From NCBI GenBank assembly GCA_041659045.1, contig JBAZZB010000001.1:454111-518110 (forward strand): a stretch of 64,000 nucleotides of DNA, given 5' to 3'. A model generated the notes under the pieces. It made no database searches and was not told where the DNA came from. It saw nothing but the letters and a program-made list of their open reading frames with translations. Of the stretch, positions 9,948 through 19,217 are shown piece by piece. The translations under genes and the position numbers were made by a program. The stretch comes from Patescibacteria group bacterium. GTDB taxonomy: Bacteria > Patescibacteriota > Patescibacteriia > SG8-24 > DYFX01. How positions within the stretch are numbered: the first letter of the stretch is position 1; each line of letters opens with the position of its first letter.

Positions 9948-10638
9948 AACCGAAGGTATACGCAAAACGATCGTCACGGATCCGGTTATGCATCAACAGA
10001 TGAAGCTCGGCCAGGAGATATTTACCAAAAATAGAAAAACGACCGTCGCGCTCAAACCGTCGAACGGAAACGCGAATCCGAGAACCGTGCATCACGCGAA
10101 ACGTACCAACTTGCCGCGCGCGCTCGACGTAGTCGTGGTCTTCCGCCAACTTGATCGATTCGTCGAAACCGCCGATGCGTTCGTGTAGGCTCTTGCGAGC
10201 GAAAATACAGAACCCGGGCGCATGCGCCAACATGAATTGCGTCGCCATCATGTGCGCGTTGAACACGTTGTGCGAAACGTGATCAATAAACTTTCCGCTC
10301 ATCGCCTTGACAAGACACGTGCCCGCGTCCAGTTCACGACGTTCGAACTGCTCCATCTTCGCGGCGAGCCATTCAACGTCCGGCAAAACGACGTCGGCGT
10401 CGAGAAACAAAAGCACGTCGCCTTTCGCCGCCTCCGCGCCACGATTACGTCCAGGACCAGGCATGCCGCCCTGAATCACGCGCGCGCCGAACCGCTTCGC
10501 GATCTCGCGGGTACGGTCGGTCGAACTGGCATCCGCAACGATAATTTCATACCCGTCAAAGCCTTGGCTTCGAATGGAAGCCAAAAGGCGCGGCAGGTAC
10601 TCTTCTTCGTTGTAGGTCGGGATGATGATGCTCAGCAT
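9913..10638 (-). CDS. Glycosyltransferase family 2
   Basis: SIIIPTYNEE, DASSTD, RNRGA, FLDAD, GGFDE, ED. Confidence 0.93.
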   Translation of the reverse strand: MLSIIIPTYNEEEYLPRLLASIRSQGFDGYEIIVADASSTDRTREIAKRFGARVIQGGMPGPGRNRGAEAAKGDVLLFLDADVVLPDVEWLAAKMEQFERRELDAGTCLVKAMSGKFIDHVSHNVFNAHMMATQFMLAHAPGFCIFARKSLHERIGGFDESIKLAEDHDYVERARQVGTFRVMHGSRIRVSVRRFERDGRFSIFGKYLLAELHLLMHNRIRDDRFAYTFGYAKNARAKDRS

Positions 10639-10695
10639 ATGTAGTTTTTCGGCTGTTTTAAGCCAAAAAACCGTATCAAGAGGCATGATAGCACG

Positions 10696-11856
10696 TCAGG
10701 GCCTTTCTCGGAAGAGGTGTGGGTTTAACCGAATCAGCTGATCGTCCCCTTCTTTGGGAATGCCGTGACCATCCGTATTCGAGGTAAGGAGGTAGAACAT
10801 GCCGTCGGGTCCAACCTCTACCGTCCGGATACGACCAAATTCAGTCTCAAAATGCGCTTGAACGGAAACCGGCGATGCGTCGACCGCAACCTCATACAAC
10901 GCTTCGCCACGCAACGTGCCGAAGAACACGCTTCCATCGAACCAAGCGGCGCCTGATGGCGACCAAAAGCCCTCGCGTCCGGAATCCACGCTTGGAGCGG
11001 TAACGCCATCAGCCGCTTCTCGACCGCGCACGAGCGGCCACCCGTAATTTTTTCCCGCTTCGATAAGATTCACTTCGTCGTGACCAAGACTCAAACTGCG
11101 ACCGCGCTCGGTCGCCCAGAGTCTCCCGTCGTCGTCCCACGCGAAACCTTCGACGTTTCGATGTCCGTATGTCCAGATTGCGTTGCCGAACGGATTCTCT
11201 TTCGGTGTGGAGCCGTCGTCGTTCACGCGCAAAATTTTTCCTCCAAACGAGCGCATGTCTTGCGCCGTCGATTCGTCGCCAGCATCTCCTGTTGAAATGT
11301 AAAGTTTCTGATCGGGGCCGAACCGCATCGCGCCACCATTTCCCCACGCACCAGCAGGAATATTCTGAAGGATCGTCGTTCGATCAAAAAGCGCGTCATG
11401 CTCGAGACGATACCGTTCGACACGATTCTTTAGATCACCGTGCTGATCAAGCGCCGTAAAATACGCGTAGATCCAACCGTTTTGTGAAAACTCCGGGTGC
11501 GCCGCGATTCCAAGAAGTCCGCCTTCAATCATGCGTTGAACACCTGGCACCTCGATCGTGCGCATGGCGCCGTCTGGACCAATGCTCCGTAGCCGCCCAG
11601 CGCGTTCAGAAATCAACAGGCTGCCATCAGGCAAAAAAACAAGTGCCCATGGCGCCTCGAGGCGCGAAGCTACAATCGAGACGTCTTCTGACGCAAAATC
11701 CTGTTTCAAGAATCCCTGCCGCACGATACCGTCCCCCGCCCAGCGCGCTCGACCCAGCGTCCAGATAATGACGTTGCGATACGCGTACGCTGTTCCTACA
11801 ACCGCAAGAACAAAAAAAGCGGCGAGAACGTGGCGCGCGAAAGGCGAAAGCTTCAT
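10696..11856 (-). CDS. PQQ-dependent sugar dehydrogenase (glucose/sorbosone dehydrogenase family)
   Basis: PWALVFLPDG, EGGLLG, FGPD.KLYISTGD, GKILR, YGHRN, DEVN, NYGWP, GRIR. Confidence 0.92.
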   Translation of the reverse strand: MKLSPFARHVLAAFFVLAVVGTAYAYRNVIIWTLGRARWAGDGIVRQGFLKQDFASEDVSIVASRLEAPWALVFLPDGSLLISERAGRLRSIGPDGAMRTIEVPGVQRMIEGGLLGIAAHPEFSQNGWIYAYFTALDQHGDLKNRVERYRLEHDALFDRTTILQNIPAGAWGNGGAMRFGPDQKLYISTGDAGDESTAQDMRSFGGKILRVNDDGSTPKENPFGNAIWTYGHRNVEGFAWDDDGRLWATERGRSLSLGHDEVNLIEAGKNYGWPLVRGREAADGVTAPSVDSGREGFWSPSGAAWFDGSVFFGTLRGEALYEVAVDASPVSVQAHFETEFGRIRTVEVGPDGMFYLLTSNTDGHGIPKEGDDQLIRLNPHLFRERP

Positions 11857-11874
11857 GAGGCAAGTATACCAAAA

Positions 11875-12576
11875 TTAAAAGACCGCGCTCTGGTATGGAA
11901 TACCGGCGCGGTCGAGAAACGTTCGTATCTTGTGAACAGGCACAGCGACGCGAATGAGCGCTTGTCGATTATCGGTCACAGCACCGTCTCTACCAGCACC
12001 CGCGTGCATGACGTGCAGCAAACCGACAAGCCAACCGGTTCTGGCCAGGTATACGCCGGAGCCAGACATACCTTGACCATCCGTGAATTCGATCGCCAGC
12101 TCGTCATCAACATCGCGAAGTTCGTTGCTCCAATGGACACTCTTCACGCGACCGTAGCCAGCCATTTCACCGAGGTCATAGGGGAAGCCGACCGTGTACA
12201 CCGCGTCAAGCGCGTGCACATCCTCGATACGGCCGAGCACGACCGTCGTTTCGAAGCGTCGTTCGACCTTGAGCACAGAAATATCCAGTTCGCGGTCCCA
12301 GGCAACCACCTTGGCGGGATAGTCGATAGCAGGGGCGCCATCGACAGAAATACGCACGAACGGCTCGTTCTCGCCTTGTCCGGCGACGTGGTAGCACGTC
12401 AGTAGGTAGCCGCTGCGGTGCAGTACCACTGCTGTCCCGTGCCCCATCGGACGCAGGTCGACGCGATGCGTCGCCTCCGTATTCCGATCGATCGCGGGAG
12501 TTTCTGGACCCGTTCGAGCCACACACGCACTGAGACACGCGAAGAAGAACACGCAGAGCTGAATCTTTTTCCTCAT
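11875..12576 (-). CDS. Trypsin-like (S1) serine protease, probable lipoprotein
   Basis: Catalytic triad LTCYHV / DISVL / GMSGSG; LSAC lipobox; strong AGGAGG upstream. Confidence 0.85.
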   Translation of the reverse strand: MRKKIQLCVFFFACLSACVARTGPETPAIDRNTEATHRVDLRPMGHGTAVVLHRSGYLLTCYHVAGQGENEPFVRISVDGAPAIDYPAKVVAWDRELDISVLKVERRFETTVVLGRIEDVHALDAVYTVGFPYDLGEMAGYGRVKSVHWSNELRDVDDELAIEFTDGQGMSGSGVYLARTGWLVGLLHVMHAGAGRDGAVTDNRQALIRVAVPVHKIRTFLDRAGIPYQSAVF

Positions 12577-12664
12577 ACAACCTCCTGTGGAAAAAGGATG
12601 CCTTGCAAATTCAGCATAGCACGCCCCCGCGCAAAGCCCGTAAGTCTGCTATGATGGAAGCACT

Positions 12665-13825
12665 ATGCGACGCATTCTTTTTGCCTTTCTCTTCGCCCTT
12701 ACGCTTTTCTCCGCCGTGCCCGCCCGCGCACAAGACGATGCTTCCAGGCCGTTGTATACGGAGATCGGGAGACACTTCATGATCGGCGCGCGCTTTTATG
12801 GTCAGGCGATCAGTAGCTGGACATGGATGCTTCTCACGCGCCTGGGACTCTCAGGTCGTTTCACGGTCGTGAGCGCGGGTGGCGACTGCACGCAGTTCTC
12901 CCGCTGCGCGCAAGGCTTGGTATGTCTCAACACCTGCAAAGAAAGTTCGTGCGTGCGTTTTGAAAAACATTGCGTCGTCGGACCGAAAATTGTCCCCGTA
13001 CTTGGTGCTTCCTCGATCTGCGGCGCGGAGAATCTGTGCGTCGATGGCACCGACTGCGCTCGCGTCTGCCCGATCGGCGCAAGCTGTAGCGCCACACACC
13101 GCTGCGTCGCGACGCGCCACCCCGAAAGCAGCTGCAAGTTAGATCTCGATTGTTCGACCGTTTGCGGGAATCTCCCAGCACCTGAAATCGGCCCTGGTGG
13201 GTACATTGCTCGTTGCGCGGAAGGTGCCTGCGCCTGCGACCCCATCGAAATTTTTCCGACAGCGACGCGCGTTGACTGCCCAGCAAATACGAACTCTACG
13301 CTCGCGTGCCCCGAGTTTACTTTCCAAGCATGCGCGGCTGGAGAAAATGGCGGAGCATTCGTTACATGCCTCCACGCACCGGAATACGGCGGCACCTGTT
13401 TCCAGAACGAAGAATGCGCGAAAGCTGACTGCCCCGAAGCCTCGGTACCGTTTTGCGATGAAAGCCGTGCCTGCAAATGCCACGTCGCCGAAACGACCGT
13501 TATTGCTTGCGTAAGCGCGACAGAATGCGCCGGCACCGCCTGCGGAGCCAACGAAATCGCCGCCTGCATCACCGGAGCTTGCGCCTGCGCCCCGGCCGGC
13601 GTTACCTCAGCATGTACCGTTGCCTCCGACTGTTCGACAGAGTGCCCGAGCGGCTTCTCTGCCGCCTGCGAGGCCTCTGCATGCGTCTGTCAGCGAACGA
13701 AGGAGAACGTTCCGGTAGCGTGCCAAACCGTGGAACAGTGCGGCTCCGTTTCTTGCCCGAATGACTACCAAAAAACCTGCTTGAACAGCGTTTGCGCCTG
13801 CACAAGAACGACCGTGCCGCGTTGA
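12665..13825 (+). CDS. Secreted cysteine-rich repeat protein (46 Cys)
   Basis: Signal peptide (ARA/Q); Cys residues grouped in repeated 6-Cys modules. Confidence 0.8.
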   Translation: MRRILFAFLFALTLFSAVPARAQDDASRPLYTEIGRHFMIGARFYGQAISSWTWMLLTRLGLSGRFTVVSAGGDCTQFSRCAQGLVCLNTCKESSCVRFEKHCVVGPKIVPVLGASSICGAENLCVDGTDCARVCPIGASCSATHRCVATRHPESSCKLDLDCSTVCGNLPAPEIGPGGYIARCAEGACACDPIEIFPTATRVDCPANTNSTLACPEFTFQACAAGENGGAFVTCLHAPEYGGTCFQNEECAKADCPEASVPFCDESRACKCHVAETTVIACVSATECAGTACGANEIAACITGACACAPAGVTSACTVASDCSTECPSGFSAACEASACVCQRTKENVPVACQTVEQCGSVSCPNDYQKTCLNSVCACTRTTVPR

Positions 13826-13863
13826 TTGACGAAAACGCCAAAAAAAGGTAGCGTTGGGCGGAT

Positions 13864-15174
13864 ATGAAGTACGGCGAGAAACTCACGCTCCAGGTGGAAT
13901 CCTTCGACGAGCGCGGTCGCGGCATCGGACAATCCGAAGCCAAAAAAACGGCCGCGTCTTTTGTCATTCCAGGCGAGACGGTCGAAGGTATGTTTGTCGG
14001 CCGCAAGCAGGGTGTCGCCAAGATGGGTAATATTCACGTCACGCAAGCCTCTCCAGATCGCGTGAACGTTGAATGCCCGCACGCCGGCGTTTGCGGGGGC
14101 TGCGCCTGGCAACACGTCCGTTACGAGCGCCAAGTCGAAGAGAAGCGTCGTATGGTTGCCGAAGCGTTGGCGCCCGTCGGCGTAGAGCTGGCTGAGGTCG
14201 TCCATGCCGAGGAAAAGTTCCGCCACCGCAACCGCATGGACTTTGTCTTCGGCCCGCATGGCGAACTGGGTTTGAAGGAACCGGGTCGCTGGGACAAGCA
14301 TCTCAACCTCACAACCTGCTTGATGCTCTCGTCGGAAGCGACGGATGTGTTAAACGCTGTCCGCGCCTGGGTCGCCACGACCTCGCACAAACCATGGGAC
14401 AACCGTCGTCACGACGGCTTCTTGCGTTACGTTGTTATTCGCGAAGGCAAGTTCACGAACGAACGCCTCGTGACTCTCGTAACCGCGCGCGGGGAACTCG
14501 AAAAGAAGGAAGAACTCATCAACGCGCTTTCTCCGCTCTGCACATCACTCGTCCATGGCATCAATCCCCTTTTGACAGACCTTTCGATCGCCACGGAACT
14601 CCATCCTCTTAAAGGAGAGGCACTGCTCCGCGAGAAAATCGGCGACATCACCTATCGCATCCACCCGAACGCGTTTTTCCAAACGAACAGCCGTATGGCC
14701 GGCCGCTTGCTCGAGCGCGTACGCGCACTCGTCCTCAGTGGCGCGCATGAACGCTTGCTCGACCTCTACTGCGGCGGCGGATTCTTCTCACTGGCGCTGG
14801 CAAAGGATGTTGAGTCTGCGCTCGGTATCGAGCTTGACCCGCAAGCGATCAAGGAAGCAGAGGCCGCGGCCGAAGAAAACAATGTCAAAAACGTTCGCTA
14901 TCGTGCAGAAGCTGCGGAGCAACTTTCCTGGGAAACCGAGAAGCCTGACGTGGTCATCATCGACCCGCCTAGAAGCGGACTGCATCCCAAAGTTAAAAAA
15001 ACACTGCTCGAAAAACGTCCGCCCCGCATCGTCTACGTCTCCTGCAACTATCGCACGCTCGCCACGGATTTGAGCGAACTCCTCAAAGCGTATAAAGCCG
15101 AGCCCGCCGTCTGCGTCGATCTCTTCCCGCATACGCCCCATATTGAAACAGTGGTACACTTAACCTTGCTATGA
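13864..15174 (+). CDS. rlmD: 23S rRNA (uracil-5)-methyltransferase RlmD/TrmA family
   Basis: TRAM domain, CPH..VCGGC Fe-S motif, FFQTN, DLYCGGG, DPPRSG, YVSC, DLFPHTPHIE. Confidence 0.92.
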   Translation: MKYGEKLTLQVESFDERGRGIGQSEAKKTAASFVIPGETVEGMFVGRKQGVAKMGNIHVTQASPDRVNVECPHAGVCGGCAWQHVRYERQVEEKRRMVAEALAPVGVELAEVVHAEEKFRHRNRMDFVFGPHGELGLKEPGRWDKHLNLTTCLMLSSEATDVLNAVRAWVATTSHKPWDNRRHDGFLRYVVIREGKFTNERLVTLVTARGELEKKEELINALSPLCTSLVHGINPLLTDLSIATELHPLKGEALLREKIGDITYRIHPNAFFQTNSRMAGRLLERVRALVLSGAHERLLDLYCGGGFFSLALAKDVESALGIELDPQAIKEAEAAAEENNVKNVRYRAEAAEQLSWETEKPDVVIIDPPRSGLHPKVKKTLLEKRPPRIVYVSCNYRTLATDLSELLKAYKAEPAVCVDLFPHTPHIETVVHLTLL

Positions 15175-16031
15175 AAGTAGGATTCGTCGCCCTCGTCGGG
15201 CGCTCCAACACCGGAAAATCGACGCTCGTGAACGCGCTTGTCGGAACCAAGGTCGCCATCACGACGCCGAAACCGCAAACCACGCGCCAAGCCATTCAAG
15301 GCGTCCTCCACGGCGAGGAAGGCCAGATTATTTTTGTCGACACGCCAGGCATCTTCCGCAAGCGCCGCGACCTCATGACGTCGCACATGAACCAGGCCGT
15401 CAAAGGTGCTCTGGAGGGCGTTGACGTCGTGCTCTACGTCGTCGACCCAACCCGCGCGATCGGTGAAGAAGAAGAGGATATTTTGAAACTCTTGAAGAAC
15501 GTCGCGGCACCAAGGCTCCTGATCATCAACAAAATCGACGCCTTGAAAACGCCGTATATCGACGACTTCCGAGCGCTGTCGCAGGATTTCGACGGTGTCG
15601 TTGAAATTTCCGCGCTCAGGGGCACTCATCTTAAAGCGCTGCTCAAAGCGATCTACGACCGCTTGCCGGAAGGCGAAGCGATCTATCCCGAACATCAAAT
15701 CACCAACGTCGACAGCAAGACGTGGTACGGCGAGCTGATCCGCGAGAAGCTCTTCATGTCGCTCTACCAGGAAGTGCCGTACACCACGACTGTCGAAGTC
15801 GACGAGATCGAAGCGCGCCCTTCGAAAAACGGCAAAGAAATGATCTACGTCAAAGCACGCATTTTGACGGACAACGACCAGCACAAGCGCATGATCATCG
15901 GAGCGGGCGGCATCATGATCCGCAAAGTCGGCACGATGGTGCGCAAGGAACTTGAACAAATCCACGGCAAACCAGTCTTCTTGGACCTCGAAGTTGTCAC
16001 CGATCCACATTGGCCCGAGCGTCTCCAGTAG
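15171..16031 (+). CDS. era: GTPase Era
   Basis: GRSNTGKSTL, PQTTR, DTPG, NKID, EVPY and a KH domain. Confidence 0.97.
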   Translation: MKVGFVALVGRSNTGKSTLVNALVGTKVAITTPKPQTTRQAIQGVLHGEEGQIIFVDTPGIFRKRRDLMTSHMNQAVKGALEGVDVVLYVVDPTRAIGEEEEDILKLLKNVAAPRLLIINKIDALKTPYIDDFRALSQDFDGVVEISALRGTHLKALLKAIYDRLPEGEAIYPEHQITNVDSKTWYGELIREKLFMSLYQEVPYTTTVEVDEIEARPSKNGKEMIYVKARILTDNDQHKRMIIGAGGIMIRKVGTMVRKELEQIHGKPVFLDLEVVTDPHWPERLQ

Positions 16032-16047
16032 GTTATACTGGGGGTAT

Positions 16048-16752
16048 ATGGAAGAAAAAATTTCCGATGAATTCGGTTGGCGCATCTTCCGCATCATGGC
16101 GGAGTTCGTCGATGGGTTCCAAATTATCCGTGGTCTGAACAAGACGGTTTCTTTTTTCGGTTCGGCTCGCTTTGGTGAGAATGATCACCATTATAAGGAA
16201 GCTCGCGAACTGGCACAGAAACTTGGTAAAGCAGGTTACACCATTGTCACGGGTGGCGGGCCCGGCATCATGGAGGCAGGCAACCGCGGCGCCATGGACG
16301 TCGGCGCACAATCTGTCGGCTTGAACATTGAATTACCGAAAGAACAGCACCTGAACCCCTATACGACGCGTTCGCAGGGTTTTCATTATTTCTTCACCCG
16401 TAAGGTGATGCTTTCGTACGCAGCACAGGCGTATGTCTATTTCCCTGGAGGATTCGGAACCCTCGACGAGCTTTTGGAGCTTGTCGTGCTCATTCAAACA
16501 AAAAAAATCGATCCGCTTCCGGTCGTTCTCGTTGGTAAGGACTTTTGGAGTCCTTTCATGAAGTGGATCGAGGAGCACGTCTATAAAAACCACCAGGCGA
16601 TCGACAAAGAAGACATGTCGATCTACCACCTCGCCCACGATGTCGATGACGCGTTTTCGATTATTGAAAGAACACTCCTGTGCCCTCCGAACGCGAGCAA
16701 ATGCTGGTATGGATACCAGCCACACCACGTCAGGGGCGCGAAACAGAAGTGA
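16048..16752 (+). CDS. LOG-family (TIGR00730) nucleotide phosphoribohydrolase
   Basis: FGSAR, TGGGPGIMEA, RKVML and PGGFGTLDE. Confidence 0.93.
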   Translation: MEEKISDEFGWRIFRIMAEFVDGFQIIRGLNKTVSFFGSARFGENDHHYKEARELAQKLGKAGYTIVTGGGPGIMEAGNRGAMDVGAQSVGLNIELPKEQHLNPYTTRSQGFHYFFTRKVMLSYAAQAYVYFPGGFGTLDELLELVVLIQTKKIDPLPVVLVGKDFWSPFMKWIEEHVYKNHQAIDKEDMSIYHLAHDVDDAFSIIERTLLCPPNASKCWYGYQPHHVRGAKQK

Positions 16753-17557
16753 TCTCGTACCCGATCTCGTTCCAGCGCACGGATGCCGGCTCAAGCGCCT
16801 TGAGTGCAGGTTGGGCGGCTGGGTGCACGACAACCTTCAAGATCAACGGGTGCTCCGGATTGTCGAGTACGAACAGGTCGGCAAACCAGCTCGTGGCACG
16901 GACAACGCGCACGAACGTTAAACGACCATCCACAAGAAGCGGGAACGTATCGGACGTTCCCGTTTTTTGCAGTTGAAACGGCGAAGCGATCGCGCTTGAA
17001 GTTGAAGAGCCCGCATACGTCACCGCGAGAGCATTGAATGTCTGGAAAGCACGAGAAACGGCGGAGAGCGTTTGCTCTGCCAAGCCGAGTCGCCATTCGA
17101 CCTTGCCGTTATCATGGAGTGAAGCGAATGCCGAACGCGTCATCCACAACCCTCCGTTGTGACGCGCTTCGCCTGTACCCACCGGCCAAAAGGCTGGCAA
17201 GAGCATCGCTTGCGCGTCCTCGAAAAAGACGAGCGCGAGCGTGCCAGTCGCGGAGGCGGTTTTCCATTCCAACGCAGCGAACGTCTCTGGCGCCGCCTCG
17301 CGTACCGTCACGTGAAGCGCACGGCTTTCATCGCCAAAGACCTCATCAACGGCACCTGTCACACCCAAGGTTGAAGGTCGAACCGTTAGCGTGAGACCGG
17401 ATTCGAAATGAATCGAGCGCGCGGCCGCGCTTGCGTCACTGGACGGGGCACCAAACCACGGCAGTCTGGCAAGCGCCGTCTGAAGTTTTTCGATAGGCTC
17501 ACAGCCCGCGCCAAGCAGCACAAGCGCAGCTGATGCAAAAAACAAAGAGGCTTTCAT
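16730..17557 (-). CDS. Hypothetical lipoprotein
   Basis: LLGAGC lipobox; a -10-like TACGAT lies 6 nt before the ATG. Confidence 0.7.
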   Translation of the reverse strand: MKASLFFASAALVLLGAGCEPIEKLQTALARLPWFGAPSSDASAAARSIHFESGLTLTVRPSTLGVTGAVDEVFGDESRALHVTVREAAPETFAALEWKTASATGTLALVFFEDAQAMLLPAFWPVGTGEARHNGGLWMTRSAFASLHDNGKVEWRLGLAEQTLSAVSRAFQTFNALAVTYAGSSTSSAIASPFQLQKTGTSDTFPLLVDGRLTFVRVVRATSWFADLFVLDNPEHPLILKVVVHPAAQPALKALEPASVRWNEIGYEITSVSRP

Positions 17558-17574
17558 GCTCGTATCGTATCACA

Positions 17575-18468
17575 TCATGCCAAGACCCAACGGTCTCGCG
17601 ACTTTTTGATAAGACCGTCTTTTTCCAATCCTTCCAACACGCGCTGAAGCCAAGGAAGATCCTTTTTTTCAAACCCCACGCGCACCCGTCGACCCAACGC
17701 CTCCAGATGAACATGAGAAACAGATCGTGCACGAAGCTCCTCGATCACGCGGCCGCGGTAGATCCTGTTTGGAATTCCGAGCGCGTCGGTTTTTTCGACT
17801 CGCGACGCTTTCTGCTTCGGCAGGGATTTCATTTTCAAAATCCTAGGATAGGATTTGCAGAGCTTCTTAAGCGGGCAAACCTCGCATGACGGACTCCTCG
17901 CTTTGCAAAGCGTGGCACCAATATCCATCAATCCCTGATTCACGTCATACGAAAGTCGTTCAGGCAGCGAGCGTTCCCAGGCAAGCCAGCTGCGCTCATC
18001 AAACATTTTCGGATCCGCTTTTGGACCCTTATACACGCGGTTGAGTACGCGCCGAAGGTTTGTGTCGGGTGCCAGAGCGCGTTTACGAAAAACAAAGGCA
18101 CGGATCGCTCGCGCGGTATACGGCCCAATCCCTTTCAAGGAAACGAGCGCTTCGGTTTCGGATGGAAGCATGCCGTCGTAACGCGTCACAACTTCCATCG
18201 CGAGATGCCTGAGGCGCACGGCGCGCATATTGTATCCAAGCCCTTTCCAGGCGCGCACAACATCAGCCTGTGATGCTTCGGCAAGTGCGTTCCAGCTGGG
18301 AAAAACAGAAACAAAGCGCGTAAAAAGAGGAACAACGCGATCAACCTGCGTCTGCTGCAGCATGAATTCAGACACAACGACGCGGTAGGGATCCACCGTA
18401 TTCCGCCACGGAAGATTCCGTCCGTGCGCGCGATACCACCGCGCGATCACGCCCCACAAACTCTTCAT
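17575..18468 (-). CDS. mutY: A/G-specific adenine glycosylase (short form)
   Basis: R.LPWR, SEFMLQQTQV, WKGLGY, HhH LKGIGPYTA, C-x6-C-x2-C-x5-C; ATGA overlap with the upstream gene. Confidence 0.92.
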   Translation of the reverse strand: MKSLWGVIARWYRAHGRNLPWRNTVDPYRVVVSEFMLQQTQVDRVVPLFTRFVSVFPSWNALAEASQADVVRAWKGLGYNMRAVRLRHLAMEVVTRYDGMLPSETEALVSLKGIGPYTARAIRAFVFRKRALAPDTNLRRVLNRVYKGPKADPKMFDERSWLAWERSLPERLSYDVNQGLMDIGATLCKARSPSCEVCPLKKLCKSYPRILKMKSLPKQKASRVEKTDALGIPNRIYRGRVIEELRARSVSHVHLEALGRRVRVGFEKKDLPWLQRVLEGLEKDGLIKKSRDRWVLA

Positions 18469-19163
18469 GCGCGCAGTGATGCCAATTCTTGCTCGGTCAA
18501 AGGACGCCAATCCCCTTCTTCCAAATCATCGAGCTCAACACCACCGACGCGCGTGCGAACCAATTTCAAAACGCCATAACCCAGCGCTTCGCACATGCGG
18601 CGAATTTGGCGATTCTTTCCTTCCGTCAGAACGATACGGAAGCGCGCGTTATCGACCTGCTCCACTTTTGCGCGGCGTGTTTTAAGACCGAGAATCCGGA
18701 CACCCTCGCTCATTTTCTGCAAAAATTCTGCCGTAACGGCTTTGTTCACACCGACATCATATTCTTTTTCTGTGCCGGAGTCCGGTCGCATTAAGCGGTC
18801 GGCAAGCGCGGTATCGTCCGTCAACAACAAAAGACCGCTCGAGGCAACGTCGAGTCGTCCAACAGGAAAGAGGCGCGCGTTCGGCAAGGGTTTTTCGGAT
18901 TGATGGAGCACTTCCATCACGTTATCGGGTGAGTTTGCGTCCGTTGTAACGATAACGCCGACCGGTTTGTGAAAAGCGATCGCCGTTGAGCGCGTCAACG
19001 GGACGATTTTGCGACCACTGACTTCGACGCGGTCGCCTTCGGAAACCTGATCGCCCAGACCCGCCACACGCCCGTTAATCTTCACTTTTCCAGCCTCAAT
19101 CAGGCGATCTGCCTCACGGCGCGACGCAACTCCGGCTCCATTCAAGTATTTATTGATGCGCAT
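18465..19163 (-). CDS. rRNA pseudouridine synthase (RsuA/RluF family, S4 domain)
   Basis: RINKYL...SRREAD, HKPVG, VGRLD...SGLLLLT, EKEY, EGKNRQIRRM. Confidence 0.94.
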   Translation of the reverse strand: MRINKYLNGAGVASRREADRLIEAGKVKINGRVAGLGDQVSEGDRVEVSGRKIVPLTRSTAIAFHKPVGVIVTTDANSPDNVMEVLHQSEKPLPNARLFPVGRLDVASSGLLLLTDDTALADRLMRPDSGTEKEYDVGVNKAVTAEFLQKMSEGVRILGLKTRRAKVEQVDNARFRIVLTEGKNRQIRRMCEALGYGVLKLVRTRVGGVELDDLEEGDWRPLTEQELASLRA

Positions 19164-19217
19164 GCTCGGAGTGTAGCACACCGCCCAAAAAGGAAAACCC
19201 GCCGTTACGGCAGGTAC

